Assembly (NCBI GenBank): GCA_034521065.1
Contig: JAXHMW010000016.1
Location: 3,927 to 67,926 of the forward strand
Source: Planctomycetota bacterium
GTDB taxonomy: Bacteria > Planctomycetota > B143-G9
DNA length: 64,000 bases
Direction of reading: 5' to 3'
The translations under genes and the position numbers were made by a program. The number at the start of each line of letters is the position of its first letter. The stretch's first letter is position 1. The notes below the pieces were generated by a model. It was not told the DNA's origin, searched no databases, and was given only the letters and a program-made list of their open reading frames with translations. This document shows positions 29,874 through 40,131 of the stretch, piece by piece.

Positions 29874-31239
29874 TGACCGACAAAGACGTTCGCGTACGTT
29901 TTGCTCCCTCCCCGACCGGCTACATGCACATCGGAAACCTCAGAACCGCACTCTACAACTGGCTGCACGCGCGCCACACCGGCGGCACGTTCATCCTCCG
30001 AATTGAGGACACCGACCGCACCCGGCACAACGAGGATGCCATCGAGGTCATCACCAAGGGGCTGAAAAGACTTGGTCTCGACTACGACGAAGGCCCCACC
30101 TACCAGTCGCAAAGGCTCGACATCTACAGCCGATATGCTGACATGCTCATCGAAAAGGGCGTCGCGTACAAATCCGACCACGGAGATGCTGACAAGGGCG
30201 AGGCGGTTGTGCTTCAGCGGCCGATGGAGGAAATATCTTGGGTTGACCTTCTGAGAGGCCGCATTACTTTTGCGCCTGAGGACCTTAAGGAGCTTGTCAT
30301 AATCAAGAGCGACGGCTACCCGACATATAACTTCGCCTGCGCCGTTGATGACCACGAGATGAACATAACTCAGGTACTGCGCGGCGATGACCACATCTCC
30401 AATTCTCCCAAGCAGTTGATGGTTTACGATGCTCTCGGCTGGAGCCCCCCGAGTTCGGTCATTTTCCGATGATACTCGGTCCCGACGGCACACGGCTTTC
30501 CAAGCGACACGGGGCCGTAAAGGTCACAGATTTCCTCGACGCCGGTTACTTTCCCCACACTGTTATCAACTACATCGCCCTTCTCGGCTGGTCTCCGGGC
30601 GACGACCGCGAGATAATGACCATGGACGAGATGGTAAAGCTGTTCACCCTCAAGCGCGTGCGCTCTACCGCCGCGATGTTCGACTACGAGAAGTTCTCGT
30701 GGATGAACGGCGAGTATGTTCGCAGAACTCCAATAAAGGAACTTCACGAGCCCTGTCTTAAAGCCGTTCAGGAAAAGGGCTTAGGCGACGGCATCCGGTC
30801 TGACGAATGGTTTGATAAGGTCATCGAGCTTTACCAAGAACGTTTCCGTACGTTTCCGGAATTCGCAGATAAGACCTATTACTTTTTCGTTGATGACGAG
30901 CGCGTTCTCTTTTTGCCCAAGGCTGTTAAGAAGGTGCTCAAAAAGGACGGAGCCGACGAGGCACTGAAGCTTTCCGCTGACGCACTGGAACAGCTCGATA
31001 CGTTTGACGAAGAAAACATTGAGAAGGCTTTGCGCGGTGTGGCGGAGCGAATGGAGAAGGGTTTCGGTAAGGTCGCGCAGCCCGTGCGTGTCGCCGTTAC
31101 GGGAACGAATCAGTCCGCAGAGCTTTTCGCCACGCTTATCGTGCTCGGGCAAGAACGAGCCGTTAACCGCATACGCAGGGCGCTCGAGCTTCGCGAAAGG
31201 GATGCTTTCCCGATGGTCGAGGAGCAGAGCGATGGTTGA
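29874..31239 (+). CDS. gltX: glutamate--tRNA ligase (one frame break at a C-run)
   Basis: RFAPSPTGYMHIGNLRTAL (HIGH) and RLSKRHG (KMSKS-type) motifs are present. An AAGGAG SD precedes TTG 29874. The frames switch at the C6 run 30452-30457 (ORF-track pieces 29813-30472 and 30469-31239). Confidence 0.9.
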
Positions 31240-32147
31240 CCTCGTCGTAGTTGGCAGCGTTGCCTTCGACAGCATAGAGACTCCTTACGGTTCACGAGAG
31301 CGTGTACTTGGAGGCTCGGCTTGCTACTTCTCGTATGTCGCCTCTTTCTTCTGTAAGGTCGGAATGGTGGGCATAGTAGGCAAGGACTTCCCGGATGCGT
31401 TTCTGCAGCCATTGCGGGAGCGGGGAGTGGACACTTCCGGCCTGAAGCGCGATACGGAGCGGAACTCGTTCTTCTGGAAGGGCAGCTACAAAGGTGACAT
31501 GAACGTTGCCCGGACGGTTGACGTGGAACTGAACGTCCTCGCCGACTTCATGCCTCAACTGCCCGGAAACTACCGCAAGGCTCCGTACGGTGTTTCTCGC
31601 GAACTCTCATCCCGCCACACAGCTTGCCGTTCTCGAACAGTTCGACAGCATGCCGCTGGTTTGCAGCGATTCCATGAACATGTGGATAGAAAACGAGAGG
31701 GATAAACTCGACCAGGTCGTGTCGAAAGTTGACGGTTTCTTCTGCAACGACGCTGAGGCCAGGATGCTTGCGGATACGCCTAACCTTATCCAGGCGGGAC
31801 GCACCATCATGGACAAGGTGAAGGGCTTCGTCAGCGTTAAGAAGGGCGAGCACGGCTCGATATTGTTTCACAGGGAAGGGCTCGTAGGGCTTCCTGCTTT
31901 TCCCGCCGACAAAGTTCTGGATCCAACCGGTGCTGGCGACTCGTTCGCCGGCGGCTTTATGGGCAGCCTCGCGAGACTCGGCAGGAGCGATATATCTGCG
32001 ATGAAGGAATCCGTCGTTTACGGCACTGCGATGGCGTCTTTTTCGGTTGAAGGATTCGGGCTCGAAAAGCTCCTCACCCTTGAGGACCACGCGATATCCG
32101 AACGACGCAGACAATTACTCGATTTTCTTCCTGCGGCAGGACCATGA
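31232..32147 (+). CDS. PfkB-family carbohydrate/nucleoside kinase (one frame break)
   Basis: The N-terminus is MVDLVVVGSVAFDSIETPYG. The C-terminal DPTGAGDSFAGGFMGSL is the PfkB signature. The frames switch near 31589 (ORF-track pieces 31004-31705 and 31590-32147). Confidence 0.8.
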
Positions 32148-32721
32148 ACGGTGGAGAAGCTCACTTAAGACTCTTTGTCGCTGCCCCGCTCGTTCCGGGG
32201 TTCGACTCGAAGTTCTCAGAGGTCCAGGCCGCGCTGTCCGTTGCGCGAACCCGCGTAAAATGGGTTGAACCTTCCCACATGCACATTACAGTCAAGTTCA
32301 TAGGCGACTATCCGGCGAGTCGGCTCGACGAGGTAGTCCACGTCATGCAACGAGCGGTTAAGGGGCTGAAGGCAACAAGACTGACGTTGAAAGGCGTGTC
32401 GTTCTTTCCGCGGCGAAGCAGACCGAGGGTTATCAAGGTGCCCGTAGAGGACGAGACAGATTTTCTGCGCCAGGCGCACGAAAGGCTCGAGAAAGAATTG
32501 CAGCCGTTGGGGATACGAAACGACAACAGGCAGTTTTCCCCCCATATCACGCTTGGGCGACTGAAGAACACCGCGGATCTGAAGAGGCTCGTGGCTTTGG
32601 CGGATGAATTTGCGGACGAGAAGTTCTGCTACGAACCACCGGCTTACTTCCTGCGTCACCGAGCAAGCTGTCTCGAACAGGTCCGACATATACCGTCATC
32701 GAAGAAGCCTTCGTGGAGTAG
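32144..32721 (+). CDS. thpR: RNA 2',3'-cyclic phosphodiesterase (2H family), frame break near 32650
   Basis: Two HxT motifs are present (HMHITVKF and PHITLGRL). The ORF as written runs to 32815, but the family-like end ...LSRTGPTYTVIEEAFVE lies in another frame and stops at TAG 32719-32721. Confidence 0.75.
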
Positions 32722-32748
32722 GGATATGGACCTTTTTAGGGATCTTGA

Positions 32749-34095
32749 CAGAACAGAAACCAGACATTCGTTTCCACAGAGATTGACATCCAGAGCTCTC
32801 TTCCACGCGGTTTAACCCAATTCTTCGAATGGCAAGACTCAGCAATCCTTGGGTATCTCCAGCCGGCCAGCATGCGGAACGGACTGAGGGATAATCTGAG
32901 GATCAACTTGCCTGTTTGTCAGGGAATGGGCCATTAGTGAAAGTGCTTTGTGAGGCTCTTGCCAGAGATGAGAGTCAAGAGAGAAAGGTAACTCTCGGGA
33001 AAAACGGTCGCAAGAAAGTCGCGAAGAAAGAAGCAGAGAGAAAAACGAAGTCTTTCATACAGAACGTTCACCATTTTCGTGACGATTGTATTGAGACAGA
33101 CGAGCCTCCCGTTGAGCATGTTATAGTTTTCGATGAAGCCCAACGAGCATGGACGAAGGAAAAAACAGAGAGCTTCATGTCGCGGAAGAAAGGTTACGGG
33201 AATTTCGGTTTTCCTGAACCCGGTTTCATGCTGAGTGTAATGGGCTCGCCATAAGGACTGGGCAGTTATTGTCTGTCTGATTGGTGGTGGTCAAGAAATA
33301 TATCAAGGTGAAGGGGGAATGGAAGAGTGGATACGTGCCTTGATTAATCTGTTTCCCGACTGGAAAATCTATGCATCTCCGGAGGTTGATGAGAAGAACT
33401 ATGTCCCCAAAACCATATTCGAATCTCTTGGAAATCGAGTTGTGCGGAACAAAAAGCTTCATTTGAAGACATCTGTTCGGTCTTTCCGTTCGGAGAGGCT
33501 TTCTGATGCCGTGGAATTTCTGCTCGCAGGTGATATCGCGAGAGGCAAAGAGCTTTTTGATAATCTTAGCGAGAAGTATCCTATTGCTCTTAGCAGGTCT
33601 TTGCCGAAAGCAAAGAAATGGGTAAAAGACCACGCAAGGGGGTCAGAGAGATATGGGATTCTTGCATCTTCTGGTGCGAAGCGTTTGCGGCCAGAAGGAA
33701 TCACTGTTGACAAGAAAGCAGATGTATGTCACTGGTTCCTTTCAGAACGCAATGATGTCCGTTCCTCATTCTACATGGAGGATGTAGCAACAGAATTTGA
33801 TGTCCAAGGGCTTGAACTTGATTGGGCTGTTGTGGCTTGGGATATTAACCTACGAAGAAATGCTGACCTGCAGATCTGGGACTACAAAAGGTTCAGAGGC
33901 ACTAAGTGGGAACAAATCAAGAAAGAAGAAGACCGCAGGTTTCTAATGAACTCATACAGAGTATTACTGACACGTGCCAGACAAGGCTTTGTGATTTTTG
34001 TGCCTTTCGGCTCCGACACTGATATCACAAGGTTGCCCCAAGAATACGATTCTGTGTATAGTTACTTGGTCCGCTTTGGCTTTGAAGAGTTGTAG
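32749..34095 (+). pseudogene. 5'-truncated, frame-broken DUF2075/Schlafen-like SF1 ATPase gene in an AT-richer islet
   Basis: The VIVFDEAQRAW (Walker B-like), WAVIVCLIGGGQEIYQGEGG and YRVLLTRARQGFVIFVP (motif VI-like) blocks are spread over three frames (32749-32937, 32916-33254 and about 33240-34095). No Walker A is visible. Confidence 0.6.
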
Positions 34096-34114
34096 TAATT
34101 CATGCCCCACACAC

Positions 34115-34146
34115 AAAAAAGCCCCCGTCAACGACGGGGGCTTTTC
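34115..34146. terminator. bidirectional rho-independent terminator
   Basis: AAAAAA-GCCCCCGTC-AAC-GACGGGGGC-TTTT, with the stem at 34121-34141. It serves tRNA-fMet on the minus strand and the islet ORF on the plus strand. Confidence 0.6.
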
Positions 34147-34153
34147 CTATGAC

Positions 34154-34230
<77 letters not shown>

Positions 34231-34251
34231 GAATTGTTTGTGATGCGTTAG

Positions 34252-34278
34252 AGTATATTGCCTTTTCGACGCTGTCAA
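34252..34278 (-). promoter_or_regulatory. candidate promoter of tRNA-fMet
   Basis: On the minus strand, TTGACA (34278-34273, overlapping the upstream stop codon), a 15-nt spacer and TATACT (34257-34252) are present, about 20 nt before the tRNA 5' end. Confidence 0.35.
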
Positions 34279-35252
34279 AGGCTTTGCAGCACTTCGGAAT
34301 TCACCGGATTCGGCGGCGTGTCGCCCTTCAGAAATGAAATAATGTTCGCAGCCGCCACCTCGCCCCATTTTGAACGCGCAGTTTCTGTAGCTGAACCAGT
34401 ATGCGGCGCGAGTGCAACGTTGTCCAATTTCAGAATGTCGGCGTTTATATCGGGCTCGTCCTCAAAAACGTCCAGGCCCGCAGCGCGGATGGGCCCATCT
34501 ATAAGGCATTCCGCAAGGGCCTGCTCGTCCACGAGGAAGCCTCTACCGGTGTTGACGAATACGCAGTCTTCCTTGGCGCTGAAAAGCAGGTCGCGGTCGA
34601 TGATGCCCGTCGTTTCAGGAGTACCGGGAAGGTGAACGGAGATGAAGTCGCTTTCGGCAAACAGCTCCTTTAGCTCTGTGCGGTTTGCGCCGAGTTCCTT
34701 TTCGAGTATGGGCTTGCGCGAACGATTGTAGTACAAAATCTTCATTCCGAAGCCCTTTGCGCGCCTACCCATCGCAGCGCCTATCCTGCCTGCGCCTACA
34801 ATTCCTATGGTCGCCCCGTGCAATTCCTTCCCCGACAGAAGTTCGGGCAACCATCCGTGAAAATTCCCTTCGCGGCAGAACCTGTCGCCTTCCGGAATGC
34901 GCCTCGCCGCGGCGAGCAGCAGTGCGAATGCGAGATCCGCTGTGGCCTCTGTAAGTGCTCCGGGAGTGTTGGTGACGAGAATGTTTCGTGCAGTGGCGGA
35001 ATCTACGTCTATGTTGTTGTAGCCGACCGCGTAATTGGCGATCATTATCAGCGAAGGTTTGGAGTCCATCACCTCTGAAGTAATCTGGTTGGAAAGGGTG
35101 CAAAGCAGGACATGGGGGTCGCGGGCTTCTTTAATAATTTGGACGGTGGAAAGTATCTCGTCGCTGGTATGCACTTCGAGTTTGTGGCCTTCATCGGAAA
35201 GCATATCGAAGCACCTGCCGGGAATTCTCTGTGTCGCATAAATGTCAGCCAT
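34275..35252 (-). CDS. glyoxylate/hydroxypyruvate reductase-like D-2-hydroxyacid dehydrogenase
   Basis: GIVGAGRIGAAMGRRAKGFG (NAD binding), NTGRGFLVDEQAL, AAGLDVFEDEP and APHTGSAT are present. Confidence 0.8.
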   Translation of the reverse strand: MADIYATQRIPGRCFDMLSDEGHKLEVHTSDEILSTVQIIKEARDPHVLLCTLSNQITSEVMDSKPSLIMIANYAVGYNNIDVDSATARNILVTNTPGALTEATADLAFALLLAAARRIPEGDRFCREGNFHGWLPELLSGKELHGATIGIVGAGRIGAAMGRRAKGFGMKILYYNRSRKPILEKELGANRTELKELFAESDFISVHLPGTPETTGIIDRDLLFSAKEDCVFVNTGRGFLVDEQALAECLIDGPIRAAGLDVFEDEPDINADILKLDNVALAPHTGSATETARSKWGEVAAANIISFLKGDTPPNPVNSEVLQSL

Positions 35253-35253
35253 G

Positions 35254-35826
35254 TCAGTCCTTAATCAGTGCCATTGCTTCGGCACGGGTTGCGGGTAGTG
35301 TGCGGAAGAGGCCGCGGAGTGCGGATGTAGTGGCGATTGCGCCCGCCTTCTTGATGCCTCTCATGGTCATGCAGAGGTGTTCGGCTTCGAGTATGACCAT
35401 CACGCCGCGAGGTTGGAGAGAGTCCATAAGGCACTTAGCGATCTGGGAGGTCATTCGCTCCTGAATTTGTGGCCTCCTGGCATAAGACTCGACCACGCGC
35501 GCTATTTTCGAAAGACCGCAGACGCTTCCGGAGGGCATGTACGCGACATGCGCCTTGCCGTGGAATGGCAGAAGATGATGCTCACAGACGCTATAGAAGG
35601 GGATATCCCGAACGATGACAATCTCGTCGTGATCCTCGTCGGGGATGACGTTTACGATCTCTGCCGGGTCTTCGTTCATGCCGGAGAAGATTTCCGCGAG
35701 CATATCGGCCACCCGCTGCGGCGTGCGTTTCAGGCCCGGTCTTTTCGGGTCCTCACCCACGGCCTCGAGAAGCATCCTTACGGCTTCCTTGATTCGTTCT
35801 TCGTCCATTCGTTCTCCCGTTGTCAT
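35254..35826 (-). CDS. folE: GTP cyclohydrolase I
   Basis: [22 protein letters not shown] and the HLCMTMRG motifs are present. Confidence 0.92.
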   Translation of the reverse strand: MTTGERMDEERIKEAVRMLLEAVGEDPKRPGLKRTPQRVADMLAEIFSGMNEDPAEIVNVIPDEDHDEIVIVRDIPFYSVCEHHLLPFHGKAHVAYMPSGSVCGLSKIARVVESYARRPQIQERMTSQIAKCLMDSLQPRGVMVILEAEHLCMTMRGIKKAGAIATTSALRGLFRTLPATRAEAMALIKD

Positions 35827-36693
35827 AGTACGAGTTTGGAAAGCTGCGCCTCGACCAGCTTGACCGTGCTCTGTTTCGCCCTTGTGAGGGGGGGACGCGG
35901 TGTTCCGTCAGCGTGCCCCATGCTCTCCAGCGCGGCCTTGAGTGGGATGGGGTTGGCCTCTGTGAAAAGGGCTCTTACAAGCGGCAGCAGGCTGAAGTGC
36001 GTGTTGCGGGCGGCCTGCAGGTCGCCGGCCATGAACTGGTCCACAAGCTGCTTCACCAGTTCGGGCACGATATTGGATGCTACGGAGACTACACCACGGG
36101 CGCCGAGAGCGAGATAGGCCAGAGTGAAACTGTCATCACCGCTGAGAACGGTAATATCGCTGTTCGCGATAATCTTCTGAGTGGCCTCGATGGACTTCGA
36201 CGCCTCTTTCAGGGCAGCAATTCGCTGATGCGATGCAATGTCTATGATCGTGTCCGCTTCGAGCCTCGCGCATGTGCGTCCGGGAATGTTGTAAACGAGG
36301 ATCAGGTATCTCGAGCGCGTCAGCGATGTCGGTGTAGTGCTTGGCGAGCCCTGCCTGTGTGGGCTTTGTCTGCGAAGGGGTAATAACCATAACCGCGTCG
36401 GCACCCACCTCCTGTGCGAAAAGTGACATGTCAATGGCGTGTGACGTGGAATTTCGTCCCGTACCCGCGATGACCTGAACCTTTTTTCGGCACTGTTCGA
36501 CGGTCTTGTAGATGAGTTCTCGTGTCTCCTCGTCGGAAAGCAACGCGCCTTCTCCAGTGCAACCGCAGGTAACGATGCCCGTTACCTCTGCCGAGTACCT
36601 GTTCTTGAGCAGACCTGCGTAGGTCTGCTGGTCAATTGAGCCGTCCTCTTTGAAAGGTGTGACAGTAGCTGTATATGTTCCTCTGAAGTCCAT
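35823..36693 (-). CDS. dapA: 4-hydroxy-tetrahydrodipicolinate synthase (one frame break near 36303)
   Basis: [27 protein letters not shown] and [10 protein letters not shown] lie in ORF 36136-36693. [10 protein letters not shown] and the C-terminal half lie in ORF 35823-36434. Confidence 0.88.
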
Positions 36694-36726
36694 TTATCTC
36701 CCTCTCGACTACGAAGCTTTAAAGCA

Positions 36727-37446
36727 TTAACAGTAGCGCAGAATTATGTCCTTCATGTCAGCCACAGCGGCCTCGATGCCCGTTAGTACCGCCCTGCTGA
36801 TTATTGAGTGACCGATATTCACCTCTTCAAGGCCCGGCATTTCCAGAATGGGCCGGACATTCTCGTAAGTCAGTCCGTGACCCGCATGAACCGAAAGACC
36901 CGCCTTCATGGCGTGCAGGGCGCAATCGAACAGGCGGTCGAGTTGTTCGCTTTTCTCAGCCGATTCGGCATTCGCGTAGGCCCCGGTATGAAACTCTACG
37001 GCGTGCGCGCCTATCTCGACACTCTTTTCCACTTGGCTCTCCGAAGGGTCTATGAACATTGCACAATGTATTCCTCGTTCTCGGAACTCGCTCACGACAT
37101 TCTTAAGACGTGACGCGTGTTCGCAGACATCCAGACCGCCTTCGGTGGTAATCTCTTCGCGTTTTTCGGGGACGAACGTCGCCTGGTGCGGTGTCAGTTC
37201 CCGTGCAAGTTCCAGCACGCCTTCCCAAAGCGCAAGCTCGAGGTTCAGCGGCGTGCGTATCGTCCGGGCGAGAAGGCGAACGTCGCGCTTCTGGATGTGT
37301 CGGGCGTCCTCGCGCAGGTGAACTGTTATGCCGTCGGCTCCACCGAGTTCAGCGAGAACCGCGGCGCGAACGGGATCTGGTTCGTCGGTCATGCGGGCCT
37401 GACGAATGGTAGCCACGTGGTCTATATTTACTCCAAGGCGGATCAT
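36727..37446 (-). CDS. pdxJ: pyridoxine 5'-phosphate synthase
   Basis: LGVNIDHVATIRQAR, ITVHLREDARHI and EFHTGAYA motifs are present. Confidence 0.92.
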   Translation of the reverse strand: MIRLGVNIDHVATIRQARMTDEPDPVRAAVLAELGGADGITVHLREDARHIQKRDVRLLARTIRTPLNLELALWEGVLELARELTPHQATFVPEKREEITTEGGLDVCEHASRLKNVVSEFRERGIHCAMFIDPSESQVEKSVEIGAHAVEFHTGAYANAESAEKSEQLDRLFDCALHAMKAGLSVHAGHGLTYENVRPILEMPGLEEVNIGHSIISRAVLTGIEAAVADMKDIILRYC

Positions 37447-37447
37447 A

Positions 37448-38398
37448 TCAGTCTCCGTTCGGAACCTGAGAATCGAGCTTCTTCACGAGCCTCACATCAA
37501 TGCGTGGCGGGTCGCCGACGAGTGAAAAACCGTGCGGCAGTATCACCCTTGTCGCAATCTCGGTGTGGTCGCCACGACTATTGAGGAAGGAAACGTCCAG
37601 CAGGACAATAATGTCTTCGCTCGACAGCTTTTCGAGCTGTGGAAGGCCGCCGGAAATGGTGATAGATACCTTCCGCTTGCTGATGCTCTTGACGAGAAAC
37701 GGGAAGCCTTCTTCCTCCATGATACGAACAGGCACGACGAACTGCTTGGTTCCCTTGACCGGGGTGATTGCAATTTTCACCTTGACCGGCTTGTTCTCGA
37801 TTTTGATATACTCGCTGTTGACGGGCGGACTAAGCATAACAACGGTCTCGAACGGGCTTATGCGCCCGGCAACGGATATCTCAGTTGTCATTACCTTCTG
37901 CGTATCCTCCAGGTCAGAGGCGGGACCTGCAATGGAAACGGTCTGGGGAGTAAAGGAAATATCGGATATCTCGTACCCATCTGGTGGAGAATCCACGATC
38001 TTTACCTCGACAGGAAGAGAGACAGTCACCCTCCTGTCAGTTATGCACTCGAAGGCCGGTATACTACTGAGCAGTTTCACTCCATCGGGCAAATTGAGCT
38101 CCTGAGCCTTTACCTGCACATTATTTGCTTCAAGGTCGCAGCGATGAATGACCTCGATAGGCCGGGGGAGTTTCTGGATAAGGTCGGAAGGGCCTTTTAC
38201 GCGTATGGAGACCGTGTGTATTTCCTTGGACATGAGGATAGTATCGGGCGGGGTTACGAGCGCGATGTTGACGGGTATTTCCGTTACCTGACTTCTTTCA
38301 GAGTTGACGTAGGCCCAGATAAACAGTGCAAGGACGAGCGAAACGGCCTTGAGTATGAAGTTGTGTGAGACGAGCCTCCATAGCCATCTCATAGTCAT
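37448..38398 (-). CDS. cdaR: YbbR-domain protein (CdaR-type regulator of diadenylate cyclase)
   Basis: It has an N-terminal TM helix followed by repeated beta-rich YbbR-like modules. It overlaps the cdaA stop and sits in the conserved position after cdaA. Confidence 0.75.
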   Translation of the reverse strand: MTMRWLWRLVSHNFILKAVSLVLALFIWAYVNSERSQVTEIPVNIALVTPPDTILMSKEIHTVSIRVKGPSDLIQKLPRPIEVIHRCDLEANNVQVKAQELNLPDGVKLLSSIPAFECITDRRVTVSLPVEVKIVDSPPDGYEISDISFTPQTVSIAGPASDLEDTQKVMTTEISVAGRISPFETVVMLSPPVNSEYIKIENKPVKVKIAITPVKGTKQFVVPVRIMEEEGFPFLVKSISKRKVSITISGGLPQLEKLSSEDIIVLLDVSFLNSRGDHTEIATRVILPHGFSLVGDPPRIDVRLVKKLDSQVPNGD

Positions 38399-39216
38399 GA
38401 CTCCTTGCTTACGTCGAGAGGCACTTCCTTACTGTCGTCCTCTTCGGTGTACAACTCGTTGAGAATGGACTCGAGAGTCTCCATCTTCACATCGAAAGTG
38501 AGGTGTCCGCGCACGGCGATGCTTACCTTTGAGGTCTCCTCGGAAACGATTATGACGACTGCGTCAGTCTCTTCCGTCAGGCCGATGCCCGCGCGATGGC
38601 GGGTTCCGAGATCAGAGGAAATATCCGTGCTTTCGGAAAGGGGGAAGAGACAACCAGCGGACTTGATTTTCTGATCCGAGATTATCACGGCTCCGTCGTG
38701 GAGCGGAGAGCCGGGATAGAAAACAGAAAGCAACATATCAGGAGACACCACTGCGTGTATCTTCTCGCCGCCGTCCGCGTATCGGTCGAGCGAATCCTCC
38801 CTTTCAAGCGCAATAAGCGCCCCGAACTTGCGAGAGGAAAGCTTGAATGCACTGTTGACAAGGGTTTTTATAAGCTGTGATCTTTTCTTCGCGAATATTT
38901 GAGAGAATCGGTTGTCGTGGCCTATTCGAAGCAACGCGTGGCGCACTTCCGGCTGAAAGACAACCAGAATGGTTACGAGGAACAGGGGAATGAAACGGTC
39001 CATAATCCAGTTGATATTGGACAGCTCAAGCCACTTCGAGGCGAAGTAAAGGGTGACGAAATAGGCTATGCCGACGAGAAGAAGACCGCGAAGGATAGAA
39101 TGGCCGCGAGCCTGCTGGATGAAGCGGAGGAGAACATAGATGGACAACGCGAGTACCGTGACTTCAGCCACGGCCCGCCAGTTGCTGAAAAGCCATTCCT
39201 GGACTACTTCCATCAA
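38395..39216 (-). CDS. cdaA: diadenylate cyclase CdaA
   Basis: Three N-terminal TM helices precede a DAC domain with the PLHDGAVII and GTRHRAGIGLTEETDAVVIIVSEE motifs. Confidence 0.88.
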   Translation of the reverse strand: MMEVVQEWLFSNWRAVAEVTVLALSIYVLLRFIQQARGHSILRGLLLVGIAYFVTLYFASKWLELSNINWIMDRFIPLFLVTILVVFQPEVRHALLRIGHDNRFSQIFAKKRSQLIKTLVNSAFKLSSRKFGALIALEREDSLDRYADGGEKIHAVVSPDMLLSVFYPGSPLHDGAVIISDQKIKSAGCLFPLSESTDISSDLGTRHRAGIGLTEETDAVVIIVSEETSKVSIAVRGHLTFDVKMETLESILNELYTEEDDSKEVPLDVSKES

Positions 39217-40085
39217 TTGACCTTTCCGGCGACCTTAATCGCCCTCTTCGTCGCATCTACATCGTGTACCCTGATTATATCAACAGCATGACGTTGTGCC
39301 ACAATTGCGGAAAGAACTGCTGTCTCGAGGTCGCGCTGAGCTGGCTCTGTGCCGGTGATGCGACCAAAAAAAGATTTGCGCGAATGTCCCAGCAAGACAG
39401 GCATACCGATGGTGCTGAGTTCGTCCAGTCCGCGGATAAGCGCGAGGTTGTGCTCAAAGGTCTTTCCGAAGCCGATGCCGGGGTCAATGGCTATCGCATT
39501 GGGTCGTATTCCCGCTTTCCGGCAGAACTCGGCTCTTTCGATCAGAAAGGTGCAAACCTCAGCAAGTACGTCTTTATAGAACGGTGAATTCTGCATTGTC
39601 ATGGGCGTTCCGAGCATGTGCATAAGGACGATTCCGGCTCCGGTTTCGGCCACGATTCGGGCCATGTCCTCGTTGTATCGGCAAGCTGATACATCGTTGA
39701 TGATGTGTGCGCCCGAGCCAAGTGCATTGAAGGCGACTGGGGAGTAATAGGTGTCAACGGAAACGGCGATGTCGAATCTCGAAACGATTGCTTCCACGGC
39801 GGGTTGAACGCGTTCAAGCTCTCGCTGAGGAGATATGCGTTCGCTTCCGGGCCGGGTTGACTGGCCTCCGATGTCTATGATGTCCGCGCCTGCCTTCACC
39901 AGCGTGTCCGCACGCTCAATGGCGGCTTCAACGGTCGAGAAGTTGCCGCCGTCTGAGAACGAGTCGGGAGTGACGTTAATTATGCCCATTATAAGGGGGC
40001 AGGGGCCCAGGGGAAGACTGCGCCCGCGAATCTGCCAGTGCGTTGGTTTGGGTCGAGATTTGACCATGCCGGGCTCTCTTGTCAC
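39213..40085 (-). CDS. folP: dihydropteroate synthase
   Basis: MGIINVTPDSFSDGG, IDIGGQSTRPG and the pterin-binding barrel motifs are present. Confidence 0.9.
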   Translation of the reverse strand: MTREPGMVKSRPKPTHWQIRGRSLPLGPCPLIMGIINVTPDSFSDGGNFSTVEAAIERADTLVKAGADIIDIGGQSTRPGSERISPQRELERVQPAVEAIVSRFDIAVSVDTYYSPVAFNALGSGAHIINDVSACRYNEDMARIVAETGAGIVLMHMLGTPMTMQNSPFYKDVLAEVCTFLIERAEFCRKAGIRPNAIAIDPGIGFGKTFEHNLALIRGLDELSTIGMPVLLGHSRKSFFGRITGTEPAQRDLETAVLSAIVAQRHAVDIIRVHDVDATKRAIKVAGKVN

Positions 40086-40131
40086 TCGATGGCTTCCAGA
40101 CCTTCAGGGCTGCGTAAGGAGTCGCAGGTAC

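Noticed and set aside
24677-32721. Programmed frameshifting or an alternative genetic code as the explanation for the broken genes.
   Set aside because: The breaks are frame changes rather than in-frame stop codons. I saw no slippery heptamer plus downstream structure. Several breaks occur per gene (three within 90 nt in dxs), often in homopolymers and in unrelated essential genes.
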